Below, piece by piece: positions 27,327-28,101 of a DNA stretch of 28,101 bases. Location of the stretch: NCBI GenBank assembly GCA_041946735.1, contig JBHGAY010000043.1, positions 1 to 28,101 of the forward strand. The letters are read 5' to 3'. The DNA comes from Candidatus Eiseniibacteriota bacterium. Its GTDB lineage: Bacteria > Eisenbacteria > RBG-16-71-46 > CAIMUX01 > VGJL01. Made by a program: the position numbers and the translations under genes. The first letter of the stretch is position 1; each line of letters starts with the position of its first letter. The notes under the pieces were generated by a model that was not told the DNA's origin, ran no database searches, and saw nothing but the letters and a program-made list of their open reading frames with translations.

Positions 27327-28101
27327 GTGCTCGGCGGCCGGGGCTCGTCGATTGCGCTCGCCGCCGGCATCCTGCTCCACCTCCTCTTCGTCGCCTCGCT
27401 CTTCGGGCAGTTCCTGAACCCGCTCTTCCTCGAGGCGGAGCACTGTCCCGGACAGGCGGCGGACTACTTCGGGATCTGGCAGGCAGGGGACAATCTGCTG
27501 CACGGCGTCTCGATCTACGACTCGCAGGACTGGAAGAACGAGGCCGTGCGCCGGGTGCCCTATTTCTACTTCTACCGCTACCTGCCGCCGACCGCCTACG
27601 TGGCGGCGGTGGGCGCGTGGCTGCTCGATCCCTGGACCAGCTACGTCCTCTGGGCCGCGCTGATCGAGGCGCTGCTCGTCGCGATCGTCGTCTGGATCCT
27701 CAGGATGCGCGCGTTCCCGCTCGCGGAACGGCGGTGGCAGGCGGCCGTCTGGCTCGGGTTCACGCCGTTCTACCTCGAGCAATGGATGGGGCAGTTCTCC
27801 TTCCTCATGGCGGCGCTGCTCTGGATCGTCCTGCGTCCGACCCTCCCCGACCGGCCACGGCAGGCGCGTGAGGACACGCCGCGCGGAGCGGCGTTCGTCT
27901 CGTGGGCGGCGTCGATCGCGATCAAGAGCTATCCTGCACTCTTCGCGCTGCCGTACCTGCGGCGGGGACGCTGGCGTCCGGTCGCGCTGTGCGCCGCGGC
28001 CGTCGTCCTCGTCTCCGCGCCGTACTACCTCGCGCGACCCGACGATGTCGGCCAGTTCCTGCGGCTGAACTTCCATGGATTGCCGCCGAGGATCCTCGGC
28101 G
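27327..28101 (+). CDS. GT87/DUF2029-like membrane glycosyltransferase (GT-C), runs off the window end; alternative start ATG 27213
   Basis: Not in the ORF track because there is no stop in the window. My translation gives a first TM helix, then ADYFGIWQAGDNLLHGVSIYD, YRYLPP, MGQFS and IKSYP with several TM segments, matching the GT87 pattern. Confidence 0.8.
   Translation, partial: MLGGRGSSIALAAGILLHLLFVASLFGQFLNPLFLEAEHCPGQAADYFGIWQAGDNLLHGVSIYDSQDWKNEAVRRVPYFYFYRYLPPTAYVAAVGAWLLDPWTSYVLWAALIEALLVAIVVWILRMRAFPLAERRWQAAVWLGFTPFYLEQWMGQFSFLMAALLWIVLRPTLPDRPRQAREDTPRGAAFVSWAASIAIKSYPALFALPYLRRGRWRPVALCAAAVVLVSAPYYLARPDDVGQFLRLNFHGLPPRILG

Overview
A very GC-rich bacterial window from a diderm organism. 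Secreted proteins with FlgD/T9SS-A-like tails and a 'TWGxIxALY' tail suggest the Eisenbacteria/Latescibacterota/Krumholzibacteriota neighbourhood (inference). From left to right: the 3' end of a secreted protein; a secreted multidomain gene that the ORF track splits at an in-frame TGA (704-706); a terminator; a PAS-GGDEF diguanylate cyclase; a complete minus-strand nuoA-N complex I operon (fused nuoCD, long NuoG); a secreted CHRD protein; a lone receiver protein; bacterial topoisomerase IB; an outer-membrane beta-barrel; a multi-GAF hybrid histidine kinase; and the start of a glycan operon (DegT aminotransferase, radical SAM/SPASM, methyltransferase, GT87-like glycosyltransferase). The strongest finding is the TGA at 704. 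It sits in a Gly-Cys-TGA-Gly context and is followed by a hairpin with the E. coli fdhF SECIS apex AGGUCU. This points to one 646-aa secreted selenoprotein with an internal GCUG motif.
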